A model generated the notes under the pieces. The model was given only the letters and a program-made list of their open reading frames with translations. It had not been told where the DNA came from and searched no databases. This document shows, in pieces, positions 25,369 to 37,746 of a stretch of DNA of 64,000 nt; the first letter of the stretch is position 1, and every line of letters begins with the position of its first letter. The position numbers and the translations under genes were made by a program. The DNA comes from Anaerolineales bacterium (lineage in GTDB: Bacteria; Chloroflexota; Anaerolineae; Anaerolineales; UBA11579), in assembly GCA_035446285.1 (NCBI GenBank), contig DAOMSJ010000002.1, positions 182,592 to 246,591 on the forward strand, given 5' to 3'.

Positions 25369-26927
25369 ACCTGTTCGCTAATTGGCTGGCCGCCCCGGTG
25401 GTCCTCCCGCTGCTGTTTGCCGCCATCTCGCTGCTGGCAGCCACGCGGGTGAACCTGCGCCAGATACGCTTCCAGCGCACCATGGCGCTGGTGGCCAGCG
25501 TGCTCAACTTTGCGGTGGCGCTGTTGCTGCTGCGCACCACGGCCATCGAGGGACAGCGCATCGTACTGTACGCCGGTGCGTGGCAGGCGCCCTTCGGCAT
25601 CACGCTGGTGGCGGATGCACTGAGCGCCATCATGCTCACGCTGACCGGGCTGCTGATGCTGGCAATCGTGGTGTACTCCATCGGCACGCTGGACGAGCGT
25701 CAGGGCATGAATTTCTTCCCGCTGCTGCTCTTCCTGCTGATGGGCGTCAACGGCGCCTTCCTGGCCGGCGACCTGTTCAATCTCTACGTATTCTTTGAAG
25801 TCTTGCTGATGGCGAGCTTCGTATTGCTCAGCCTGGGCGGGCGCCCCAATCAAGTCAACGGCGGTTTGCGCTACGTGGTGCTCAACCTCATCGCCTCGAC
25901 CGTGTTCCTGACCACGGCGGGTGTGATGTACGGCACGCTGGGCACGCTGAACCTGGCGCACCTGGCCGAACGCATGGCGCTGGCGCCGGAGTCTTTGCGC
26001 ATTGTGCTGGCCGGCATGCTGTTGGTGGCGTATGGCAGCAAAGCGGGCTTGTTCCCGCTGTTCTTCTGGCTGCCGGCCAGTTATCACACACCCCACCCGG
26101 CGGTGACGGCCATCTTCGGCGGCTTGCTCACCAAAGTGGGCATCTACGCGCTGTTCCGCATCTTCCCACTGCTATTCCCTGACCTGCTGGCCCATTGGCA
26201 ACCGTTCATTCTGGCGGTTGCGGCGCTGACCATGCTGACGGGTGTGTTCGGGGCAATGGCAGTCAAGACCATCCGGCGCGTGTTGAGTTTTCACGTCATC
26301 AGCCAAGTCGGTTACATGGCGATGGGCCTCGGCCTGGCCGCCAGCGGCAACCAGCTGGCGATCGGCTTTGGCATGGCGGCAGGCATCTTCTACATCGTGC
26401 ATCACATGATCGTGAAGACGGCGCTGCTGCTGGCGGGTGGCGCAGCCGAACTGACCATGGGCACCGGCAAGCTGGAAGCCGGGCACCTGGGTGGCCTGGT
26501 CAAGCGCTGGCCATACCTGGCGGTAATCTTCTTCGTAGCCGCCTTTTCACTGGCTGGCATTCCGCCATCCAGCGGCTTTGTAAGCAAGCTGGGCCTGCTG
26601 CAAGCGGCCATGGATTCGGGGCAGTGGATGATCGCCGGGGTGAGCCTGGTGGTGAGCCTGCTGACGCTGATGAGCATGGTGCGCTTGTGGCAGCGCGGCT
26701 TCGCTGGGCCAGTGGAAGCCACCACGATGCCGTGGCGCAAGCCGCAGCGCTGGCTGACAGCGGCGCCGATCACGGTGCTGGTGCTGGTCAGTTTAGCTGT
26801 GGGCATCTTCAGTGCGCCGGTGTTTGGCTGGGCGCAAGTGGCCGCCGAGCAGGTGCTGGACCGTGCCGGCTACATCCAGGCGGTGGCGCCGACGGATGTC
26901 ATTGCCCCGCTGGGCGCGGAGCACTAG
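25365..26927 (+). CDS. mrpD: Na+/H+ antiporter subunit MrpD/MnhD
   Basis: 520 aa. Contains LYVFFEVLLMASF, GSKAGLFPLFFWLPASY and AGIPPSSGFVSK. Confidence 0.9.
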   Translation: MNLFANWLAAPVVLPLLFAAISLLAATRVNLRQIRFQRTMALVASVLNFAVALLLLRTTAIEGQRIVLYAGAWQAPFGITLVADALSAIMLTLTGLLMLAIVVYSIGTLDERQGMNFFPLLLFLLMGVNGAFLAGDLFNLYVFFEVLLMASFVLLSLGGRPNQVNGGLRYVVLNLIASTVFLTTAGVMYGTLGTLNLAHLAERMALAPESLRIVLAGMLLVAYGSKAGLFPLFFWLPASYHTPHPAVTAIFGGLLTKVGIYALFRIFPLLFPDLLAHWQPFILAVAALTMLTGVFGAMAVKTIRRVLSFHVISQVGYMAMGLGLAASGNQLAIGFGMAAGIFYIVHHMIVKTALLLAGGAAELTMGTGKLEAGHLGGLVKRWPYLAVIFFVAAFSLAGIPPSSGFVSKLGLLQAAMDSGQWMIAGVSLVVSLLTLMSMVRLWQRGFAGPVEATTMPWRKPQRWLTAAPITVLVLVSLAVGIFSAPVFGWAQVAAEQVLDRAGYIQAVAPTDVIAPLGAEH

Positions 26928-26938
26928 CAGGAGGACGT

Positions 26939-27460
26939 ATGCCAACGAAATATGAAAACGAACAAATCGTTACCCTGCTGATCGTCAATGTGGGGCTGGC
27001 CATCTTCTGGTATGTGTTCTTCCCGCTGTATGGCACGGCTGACCTGTTCATCGGTTTCGTTATAGGCACGCTGGCGCTGTCGGTTTTTCACCGTGGCTAT
27101 GGCAAACGCATCTGGTGGCTGTTGTCCTTCCTGTTGTTCATGGTCTGGGAGATTGTGTTAAGCAACGCCAAGCTAACGCGTTGGATCCTGAGCCCGCGGC
27201 TGGAGTTTCACCCGGGCATTGTGGCCGTGCCGCTGACGCTGGATACTGATTTTGAGATCACCGTGCTGGTGACGATGATCACGCTCACCCCAGGCACCAC
27301 GAGCATTGACCTGCGCAAAGACCATAAGGGCCGCTACGTGGTTTGCATCCATAGCTTCTTTGTGAAGGACGCCGATTCGTTCCGGCACGAGATCAAGGAT
27401 ATGTTTGAGCGTCGCCTGGCGCTGGTAACCCGCGGAGGCTGGGAACATGAACTGGTTTGA
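26939..27460 (+). CDS. mrpE: Na+/H+ antiporter subunit MrpE/MnhE
   Basis: Begins at MPTKYENEQ, preceded by AGGAGG. Size and position fit MrpE. The longer track ORF from 26195 overlaps mrpD out of frame and is rejected. Confidence 0.8.
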   Translation: MPTKYENEQIVTLLIVNVGLAIFWYVFFPLYGTADLFIGFVIGTLALSVFHRGYGKRIWWLLSFLLFMVWEIVLSNAKLTRWILSPRLEFHPGIVAVPLTLDTDFEITVLVTMITLTPGTTSIDLRKDHKGRYVVCIHSFFVKDADSFRHEIKDMFERRLALVTRGGWEHELV

Positions 27461-27722
27461 TGCTGGCATTGATATCCTGCTGGTGATGCTGACGCTGTCC
27501 TTTCTGTTGGGTTCGCTGCGCCTGATCAAAGGGCCGGACGTGCCCAACCGCGCCCTGGCGTTTGACCTCATCACCCTGCAGGCAGTGGGCATTGTGGCCC
27601 TGATCGCCATTCGCCATGATGCGCCGATGCTGCTGGATATTGCCATGGTGGCGGCGGTGCTGGGCTTTGTGGGCACGGTGCTGGTGGCGCGCTATCTTGA
27701 ACAAGCGCGTGACGGCGAATAA
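27447..27722 (+). CDS. mrpF: Na+/H+ antiporter subunit MrpF/MnhF
   Basis: 91 aa with 3 TM helices and the motif LRLIKGPDVPNRALAFD. Confidence 0.85.
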   Translation: MNWFDAGIDILLVMLTLSFLLGSLRLIKGPDVPNRALAFDLITLQAVGIVALIAIRHDAPMLLDIAMVAAVLGFVGTVLVARYLEQARDGE

Positions 27723-27731
27723 GGAGCACAC

Positions 27732-28103
27732 ATGGAAACACGTGAGATCATCGTATTGATCGTTGCCAGCATCGGAGCGCTGATCATGCTGATCAGCAGC
27801 ATTGGCGTGCTGACCCTGCCGGATGTGTTCATGCGCATGCACGCCTTTGGCAAGGCAGGCACGATGGGCATCAGCGGGTTGATCCTGGCGGCGGGTTTGT
27901 TCTACCCCAATTACCTGGCGCGCATGGTGGCCCTGGTGATCCTGTTCTTTGTCACCGGGCCGATCGCCGCCACAGCGCTCTCGCGGGCGGCCTACAAAGT
28001 GGCTACGCCAGCGGCCAAGGAAGCCATGCTGGAGTTCAACGAAATGGAAAACGGGAGGCAGCGCACCAAGCGCAAACCCGCCAAGAAAAAAGCCGCTGGA
28101 TAG
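27732..28103 (+). CDS. mrpG: Na+/H+ antiporter subunit MrpG/MnhG
   Basis: 123 aa. Contains GVLTLPDVFMRMHAFGKAGT, with AAGGAG upstream. Confidence 0.85.
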   Translation: METREIIVLIVASIGALIMLISSIGVLTLPDVFMRMHAFGKAGTMGISGLILAAGLFYPNYLARMVALVILFFVTGPIAATALSRAAYKVATPAAKEAMLEFNEMENGRQRTKRKPAKKKAAG

Positions 28104-28114
28104 CGGCTTTTTTT
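28086..28114. terminator. Bidirectional intrinsic terminator between mrpG and folD
   Basis: The sequence is aaaaa AGCCGCT ggat AGCGGCT ttttttt. It overlaps both stop codons. Confidence 0.8.
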
Positions 28115-28979
28115 ATTGGGCAGCGGTAAGTGTATTTTGCAGCAGCATGGCGATGGTCATCGGGCCAACGCCGCCGGGCACCGGCGTGATGGCGCGGGCG
28201 CGCTGAGCCAGCTCAGCGTAGGCCACATCGCCGACGATGCGGCTGCCGCTTTTGGCGGCCGGGTCGCTGATGCGATTGACGCCGACATCGATGACGGTGG
28301 CGCCGGGCTTGATCCAATCGCCGCGCACCAGCTCGGGCACGCCCACGGCGGCAACGAGGATATCGGCGCTGCGGCACACGGCAGGCAGATCACGCGTGCG
28401 CGAGTGGGCGATAGTGACGGTGGCATCGGCGCGCACCAGTTGCAGCGAGAGCGGCATGCCGACGATGTTGGAGCGCCCCAGCACCACCGCGTTGGCGCCG
28501 ACGACAGGCACATTGGCCACGCGCAGAATGTGCATCACACCGGCGGGTGTGCAGGGCAGGAAGCGCAGCTGGCGGCCCTTCTGCGCCAGCAAGCCGACAT
28601 TCTCAGGATGCAGGCAATCGACATCTTTATGCACCGAGATGGCGGCGATGACGGCGGCAGAATCGATATGCGGCGGCAGCGGCATCTGCACCAGGATGCC
28701 GTGCACATCGGCACGCTGGTTGAGCTCGGCCACAAGAGCAAGCAGCTCGGCCTGGCTGGTGCTGGCAGGCAGCTCAAAGCCGAAGGAGCGCATGCCCACC
28801 TCCTGGCAGGCCTTGTGCTTGTTGCGCACGTAGATGGCCGAGGCGGGGTCATCGCCCACCAAGACGGTGGCGAGCCCGGGCTGCGGCCCGCCGGTGGCGA
28901 TGAGCGCCTCCACCTGGGCGGCAATTTCGGCACGAGCCTCTGCGGCGATGGCTTTGCCATCGAGTCTGATTGCGGTCAT
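28113..28979 (-). CDS. folD: Bifunctional methylenetetrahydrofolate dehydrogenase/cyclohydrolase FolD
   Basis: Contains [51 protein letters not shown] and [11 protein letters not shown]. Confidence 0.93.
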   Translation of the reverse strand: MTAIRLDGKAIAAEARAEIAAQVEALIATGGPQPGLATVLVGDDPASAIYVRNKHKACQEVGMRSFGFELPASTSQAELLALVAELNQRADVHGILVQMPLPPHIDSAAVIAAISVHKDVDCLHPENVGLLAQKGRQLRFLPCTPAGVMHILRVANVPVVGANAVVLGRSNIVGMPLSLQLVRADATVTIAHSRTRDLPAVCRSADILVAAVGVPELVRGDWIKPGATVIDVGVNRISDPAAKSGSRIVGDVAYAELAQRARAITPVPGGVGPMTIAMLLQNTLTAAQ

Positions 28980-29178
28980 GCCGAGATTATACGAGGCATG
29001 AGCGCTGGCCCGGCGACAGTGCTGTAGGTCAAGTCGCTTGTGTCGCTTAGGTCAGTCAGGTCGATCAGGTCACTTAGGTCACTGTTGTCGGTTGCTGGCT
29101 GCCGCCAAAGTCATACGCAGAAAGATGCCATAGTTTTGACGCTAGGCGCGGATTTGGCGGGCGGTGTCAAGGGGGTGG

Positions 29179-29210
29179 ATAAAAAAGAGCACCGCAATTG
29201 CGGCGCTCTT
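29179..29210 (-). terminator. Intrinsic terminator downstream of the gyrB and VOC genes
   Basis: The minus strand reads AAGAGCGCCGCAATTGCGGTGCTCTT followed by TTTTTAT. Confidence 0.8.
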
Positions 29211-29216
29211 TGTCTT

Positions 29217-29597
29217 TTAGCCAATCTTGGTACTGAGTGACCAGAGGTTTCCGAAGGGGTCTGTAAAAGTGCCGCGGCGGTCCGCCTCGCCCTCGTTCTG
29301 CAGGGGCGGGTGAACCTCCACGCCGCCGGCGGCCAGGCTGCTGGCGAAGGCAGCATCCACATCGGCCAGGTAGAGGTGCAAGATGCTCTTGACGGCCGGG
29401 TACTGCTCGTTGGCATCGCAGAGCATGAGTACACTGTCGCCTACCTGCATCTCAGCGTGCCTGACGCGGCCTTCGTGCTCAAAGGACTGGATGCGGGTGG
29501 CGCCCAGCGCCTTCTCGAGGAATTCCATCAGCCCATTGGCGCTGGACACGATGAGATAGGGCGAGAGGTCGTTGTAGTTGGCGGGCTTGTAGCTCAC
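29217..29597 (-). CDS. VOC/glyoxalase-bleomycin resistance family protein (PhnB-like)
   Basis: 126 aa. Contains ...HAEMQVGDSVLMLCD...GTFTDPFGNLWSL, typical of the VOC fold. Confidence 0.75.
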   Translation of the reverse strand: MSYKPANYNDLSPYLIVSSANGLMEFLEKALGATRIQSFEHEGRVRHAEMQVGDSVLMLCDANEQYPAVKSILHLYLADVDAAFASSLAAGGVEVHPPLQNEGEADRRGTFTDPFGNLWSLSTKIG

Positions 29598-29608
29598 GGC
29601 AATCCCCT

Positions 29609-31531
<1,923 letters not shown>

Positions 31532-31766
31532 TCACGCCTCCACAAAAAAGGTGTCTTAGGATAAATGCCCTGCGGATTTCGTGCTTTTAATTTGTATCGT
31601 CAATCGGCAGGGTAGACCCGTCCAAGCCCCCTAACGGGTGAATGAGCCAGTTACGACAGGCCAGTATGACCTGTATGTTCTATTTTACCATGTTGGGCAA
31701 CGGGTTGCCGGGCGGCGCGGTGGGGCCGCCAGTTAGTTTTTCATTAGTTGAGCAATTTATTGCAAC

Positions 31767-31795
31767 TTGACCCGAATTTGCGGGATATGTACAAT
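31767..31795 (+). promoter_or_regulatory. Sigma70-type promoter upstream of the liv operon (TTGACC-17 nt-TACAAT)
   Basis: ttgacc cgaatttgcgggatatg tacaat, read directly. It lies about 207 nt upstream of the ATG at 32003. Confidence 0.6.
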
Positions 31796-32002
31796 GAGTA
31801 TCCGCAATCTCTTTTTTATTCTTTGCTAATGAAGAATATGAGAAAGCTATGTCCTAGAGGTGCGCAAGAGTTTTGGTGCGCACCTCTATACATAAGAATA
31901 CAAAGATGGAGGTGTAACCCAGATAACGACATTGAAACCCACCCTGTTTTGCTTTCCTAGGAAAACAAAGTACTTCACAACCACTCTATTGGAGGAGTAA
32001 GA

Positions 32003-33220
32003 ATGTCGAAGCGTTTCTTGGCTTTGATCGCCATCCTGGTAGCTGGCCTGGTGCTGGTTGCCTGCGGCGGCGGTGGAGCCTCCACTGCTTTTGAATGTAC
32101 GGACGAAATCGGTTGTGTGGAAGTAGCCGCGGGTGCCCCCATCCGCATTGCTTCCGCCCTGGTGATCTCCGGTGCTAACGCCGACCTGGGTCTGGACTCC
32201 CAGCACGGTGTCGAAATCGCCATTGAGTTCAAGGGCGATGTGCTCGGCCACGCGGTTGAGCTGCAGGCTGAAGATGACGGCTGCTCCGCTGAAGGCGGTC
32301 AGACCGCTGGTCAGAAGATTGTGTCTGACCCCAGCATTGTCGCCATCATCGGTACCAGCTGCTCCGGCGCTGGTGTACCCCTGGCCCAGATTGCCTCTGA
32401 CGCCGGTTACGCCGTTGTTTCCCCGTCCAACACGTCCCCGGCTCTGACCGACCCGGACGGCGCCTGGAAGCCTGGTTACCTGCGCACTGCCCACAACGAC
32501 AACGTTCAGGGCGCTGCCATGGCTGACTATGTGTACAACACCCTGGAGCTGACCACGGCCGCCGCCATTCATGACGGTGACCCGTACACCGAGGGTCTGG
32601 CCAACGCGTTCCGCGTGGCCTTCGAGGAAATGGGCGGCACGATGGTTGCCTTCACCGCTGTGAACGTGGGTGACACGGACATGCGCCCGGTGCTGACCTC
32701 CATCGCTGCTAGCGCTGGTGGTGCTCCTGAGTTCCTGTTCTTCCCGGTCTTCACCGCTGAGTGCGCCCACCTGGCCACCCAGTCCCTGGAAGTGGCTGGC
32801 CTGGAGAACACGGCCCGTGGCGCTGCTGACGGCTGCTTCTCCGCCGCCGCTGCTGAGGCCATTGGTTCCTCCACCGCCAACCTGTACATCTCCGGCCCGG
32901 ATCTGGCCTTCTCTGGCGACACTTACACTCGCTTCGCTGAGGCCTACCAGACCAACTACGGTTCCGCCCCGATCTCCGTCTTCCATGCTCACGCTTTCGA
33001 CGCCACCAACATGGTGTTCGCCTGCATCGAGCAGGTTGCCAAGGAGAGCGACGGCTCCCTGTTGATCGGCCGCCAGGACATACGTGACTGCTTGTATGCC
33101 ACCGAGAACTTCACTGGCATCACCGGCAACCTCACCTGCAATGAGTACGGTGACTGTGCTGACGCCAAGATCGCTGTGTACGAGATCCAGGATGGCGACT
33201 ATGTTGCCATCTGGCCGTAA
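32003..33220 (+). CDS. Branched-chain amino acid ABC transporter substrate-binding lipoprotein (LivK/J-like)
   Basis: Has a lipoprotein signal LVLVACGGGG and a type I periplasmic binding fold pattern. GGAGG lies upstream. Confidence 0.85.
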   Translation: MSKRFLALIAILVAGLVLVACGGGGASTAFECTDEIGCVEVAAGAPIRIASALVISGANADLGLDSQHGVEIAIEFKGDVLGHAVELQAEDDGCSAEGGQTAGQKIVSDPSIVAIIGTSCSGAGVPLAQIASDAGYAVVSPSNTSPALTDPDGAWKPGYLRTAHNDNVQGAAMADYVYNTLELTTAAAIHDGDPYTEGLANAFRVAFEEMGGTMVAFTAVNVGDTDMRPVLTSIAASAGGAPEFLFFPVFTAECAHLATQSLEVAGLENTARGAADGCFSAAAAEAIGSSTANLYISGPDLAFSGDTYTRFAEAYQTNYGSAPISVFHAHAFDATNMVFACIEQVAKESDGSLLIGRQDIRDCLYATENFTGITGNLTCNEYGDCADAKIAVYEIQDGDYVAIWP

Positions 33221-33305
33221 GCTGCAACGTTCTTAGCAGAACATTGCTTTACAAAAGGCCCAGGGCGCAAGCCCTGGGCCTCTAGCACTACGCCGGAGCA
33301 TACGC

Positions 33306-34367
33306 ATGAGAGACCGCCTTGCAAAACTCAACTTGATCGACCTGTTCTTATGGGTTGCGCGCGCTGCCATTCTGGCCGTGATTTTGGTGGGCACGATCAA
33401 GACCATCATCAGCAACCCTTACTCCCTTCGTAACTGGGAAGACTTCATTATCTTTGGCATTGCGCAAGGCAGCATGTATGCGCTGATCGCCATTGGTTAC
33501 ACGCTGGTATACGGCGTGCTGCAAATGATCAACTTTGCGCACGGCGAATTTTTTATGTCAGGCATCTTCGCTTCCACCTCGGCGGTGGCCATTCCCCTGG
33601 CCAACGCAGGCTACCTGGCCTCCCACCCCATTCCGAGCCTGTTGCTGATTGCACTGACCTCTATTCTTATCTCGGTGGGAATTTCGCTGCTGACGGAACG
33701 CATTGCGTACCGCCCGCTGCGGTATGCACCGCGCCTGATGCCGCTGATCACAGCGATCGGTGCTTCCTTCTTTTGGCAATACTACTTCCGCGGCCTGTTT
33801 GGCTCACAAGTTATTCCCTTCCCTGACATTCCGCAGTTGCAGGGCAGTCTGCCCTTTCTGCATACCCAAGTGCTGAAAACGCACGTCCTGGTGATCTTTG
33901 TGACCATGGTGGTATTGGTGGCGCTGAACTTCTTCATTAGCAGCACCCGCCCGGGCAAGGCGATCCGCGCCGTGGCCGAGAACAAAGATGTGGCGGCGCT
34001 GATGGGCATCAACGTAGACCGCACAATCAGCCTGACCTTTGCCACTGGCGCCGCAATGGCGGGTGTGGCAGGCATGCTGTATGCGCTGGTGTTCCAGCAA
34101 GTGCACTTCTTCATGGGCTTCATTCCCGGCATCAAGGCCTTTACGGCAGCGGTGCTGGGCGGTATTGGCAGCATCCCCGGCGCGGCCGTGGGCGGCTTGT
34201 TCCTGGGCCTGTTTGAATCGCTTGGCCCCAGCCTGTTCCTGCAAAGCCTGGGCATTCCGGCCTTCAACCAGCTCAAGGATGTGATCGCCTTCACCATGCT
34301 GGTGCTGGTGCTCATCTTCCGCCCGCAAGGTATTGTGGGTGAGCGTCTGAAAGAAAAGAAAGCGTAG
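33306..34367 (+). CDS. livH: Branched-chain amino acid ABC transporter permease (LivH-like)
   Basis: Contains GYTLVYGVLQMINFAHGE and GGIGSIPGAAVGG. Confidence 0.88.
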   Translation: MRDRLAKLNLIDLFLWVARAAILAVILVGTIKTIISNPYSLRNWEDFIIFGIAQGSMYALIAIGYTLVYGVLQMINFAHGEFFMSGIFASTSAVAIPLANAGYLASHPIPSLLLIALTSILISVGISLLTERIAYRPLRYAPRLMPLITAIGASFFWQYYFRGLFGSQVIPFPDIPQLQGSLPFLHTQVLKTHVLVIFVTMVVLVALNFFISSTRPGKAIRAVAENKDVAALMGINVDRTISLTFATGAAMAGVAGMLYALVFQQVHFFMGFIPGIKAFTAAVLGGIGSIPGAAVGGLFLGLFESLGPSLFLQSLGIPAFNQLKDVIAFTMLVLVLIFRPQGIVGERLKEKKA

Positions 34368-34375
34368 AGGTTGCG

Positions 34376-36022
<1,647 letters not shown>

Positions 36023-36049
36023 CCAGTTGGCGAGGAACGGACGACAACC

Positions 36050-36847
36050 ATGACAAACATCCTGTCTGCAAAAAACGTATCCAAGGTCTTTGGCGGCCTG
36101 GTGGCGGTGAATGACCTGAGCCTTGAGGTGAAAGAGCAGAGCATCAGCTCTGTGATCGGCCCCAACGGCGCGGGCAAGACCACCTTCTTCAACTGCGTGA
36201 CCGGCTTCTACAAGATCAACAAAGGCGAAATCCTGTTTGAGGGCCAGCCGACACACAACCTGCGCCCTGACCAGGTGACCCATGCGGGTATGGCGCGCAC
36301 GTACCAGAACATCCGCCTGTTTGCTAACATGACCTCGCTGGAGAACATCCTGGTGGGCCAGGACCTGCATCTGTATGCCACCATCTTTGATGCGATTGCG
36401 CACACGCCGCGCTTCAAGAAGCAAGAGCAGGAAGTGCTGGAAGAAGCGCAACGCCTGCTGAACTTTGTGGGCCTGAAAGGCCTGGGCGACACGCTGGCAC
36501 GCAACCTGCCTTACGGCGCACAACGCCGCCTGGAGATTGCGCGTGCGCTGGCCACCAAGCCGAAGATGCTGCTGCTGGACGAGCCGACGGCGGGCATGAA
36601 CCCGAACGAGACGGCGGACCTGACCAAGTTCATCCGCGATCTGCGTGACACGCTGGGCATCACCGTACTGATGATCGAGCACGACATGCGCGTGGTGATG
36701 GGCATCAGTGAGCAGATCACGGTGCTGGACTACGGCGCCAAGATCGCCGAAGGGAAGCCCAAAGACATCCAAAGCGACCCGCGCGTGATCGAGGCGTACC
36801 TTGGCAGCGGTGCGGCCTCTGGCCTGAAGACCGCCAAGGCGAAATAA
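36050..36847 (+). CDS. livG: Branched-chain amino acid ABC transporter ATP-binding protein (LivG-like)
   Basis: Has Walker A GPNGAGKTT, the signature YGAQRRLEIARAL and Walker B LLLDEP. Confidence 0.92.
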   Translation: MTNILSAKNVSKVFGGLVAVNDLSLEVKEQSISSVIGPNGAGKTTFFNCVTGFYKINKGEILFEGQPTHNLRPDQVTHAGMARTYQNIRLFANMTSLENILVGQDLHLYATIFDAIAHTPRFKKQEQEVLEEAQRLLNFVGLKGLGDTLARNLPYGAQRRLEIARALATKPKMLLLDEPTAGMNPNETADLTKFIRDLRDTLGITVLMIEHDMRVVMGISEQITVLDYGAKIAEGKPKDIQSDPRVIEAYLGSGAASGLKTAKAK

Positions 36848-36859
36848 GGAGCAGCCCCT

Positions 36860-37573
36860 ATGGCCATGCTTGAAGTTAACAACATTCACACTTTCTACGG
36901 CAACATTGAAGCCTTGAAGGGCATCTCGCTGCATGTGGATCAGGGCGAGATTGTGACCCTGATCGGCGGCAATGGCGCCGGCAAGACCACCACCCTGCGC
37001 ACGATCAGCGGCTTGCTGAAACCGCGCCAGGGCACGGTCACGCTGAACGGCGAAGACCTGAGCAAATACCCCGCGCACCAACTGGTGTACAAGGGTATCT
37101 CGATGGTGCCGGAAGGCCGCGGCGTGTTCGCCAAGCTGACGGTGGAAGAGAACATTGAAATGGGCGCCTACATCGACAAAGATAAGGCGCGCATTGAGCG
37201 CAACAAAGAAGGCGCCTTCACTCGCTTTCCGCGCCTGAAAGAGCGCCGCAAGCAGGTGGCCGGCACGCTCTCCGGCGGGGAGCAGCAAATGCTGGCCATC
37301 GCACGCGCGCTGATGGCGCAGCCCAAGCTGCTGCTGCTGGACGAGCCTTCGATGGGTCTGGCGCCGATCCTGGTGGACGGCATCTTCGACACCATCAAGG
37401 AGATCAACAAGGAAGGCACCACGGTGCTGCTGGTGGAGCAGAACGCCAGCATGGCGCTGGCGATCGCCCACCGCGGCTACGTGCTGCAGACCGGCGAGAT
37501 CGTGCTGAGCGACAAGGCCGACAAGTTGGCCAAGAACGAGACGGTGCAGAAGGCTTACCTGGGTATTGACTAA
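36860..37573 (+). CDS. livF: Branched-chain amino acid ABC transporter ATP-binding protein (LivF-like)
   Basis: Has Walker A GGNGAGKTT, the signature LSGGEQQMLAIARAL and Walker B LLLDEP. Confidence 0.92.
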   Translation: MAMLEVNNIHTFYGNIEALKGISLHVDQGEIVTLIGGNGAGKTTTLRTISGLLKPRQGTVTLNGEDLSKYPAHQLVYKGISMVPEGRGVFAKLTVEENIEMGAYIDKDKARIERNKEGAFTRFPRLKERRKQVAGTLSGGEQQMLAIARALMAQPKLLLLDEPSMGLAPILVDGIFDTIKEINKEGTTVLLVEQNASMALAIAHRGYVLQTGEIVLSDKADKLAKNETVQKAYLGID

Positions 37574-37609
37574 GTACGCAGCCTGCGGCTGCGTTTAAGC
37601 GAGATGGGG

Positions 37610-37650
37610 GATTGCTTCGTGCGCCAGGCAAGCCTGCGCCTCGCAATGAC
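37610..37650. repeat. Mini-repeat type C (1-nt insertion variant)
   Basis: The sequence is gattgcttcgtgcgccaggcaagcctgcgcctcgcaatgac. Confidence 0.9.
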
Positions 37651-37695
37651 AAATCAGTATTGCTTGGCCGCGAAGGCGGCTGGCATTGACGATGT

Positions 37696-37731
37696 AAAAA
37701 AGAGCGCAGCCATATGGCTGCGCTCTTTTTA
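37696..37731. terminator. Bidirectional intrinsic terminator between livF and the deaminase-CYTH gene
   Basis: The sequence is aaaaa AGAGCGCAGCC at at GGCTGCGCTCT ttttt. Confidence 0.8.
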
Positions 37732-37746
37732 TACGCGCTTGGAATG

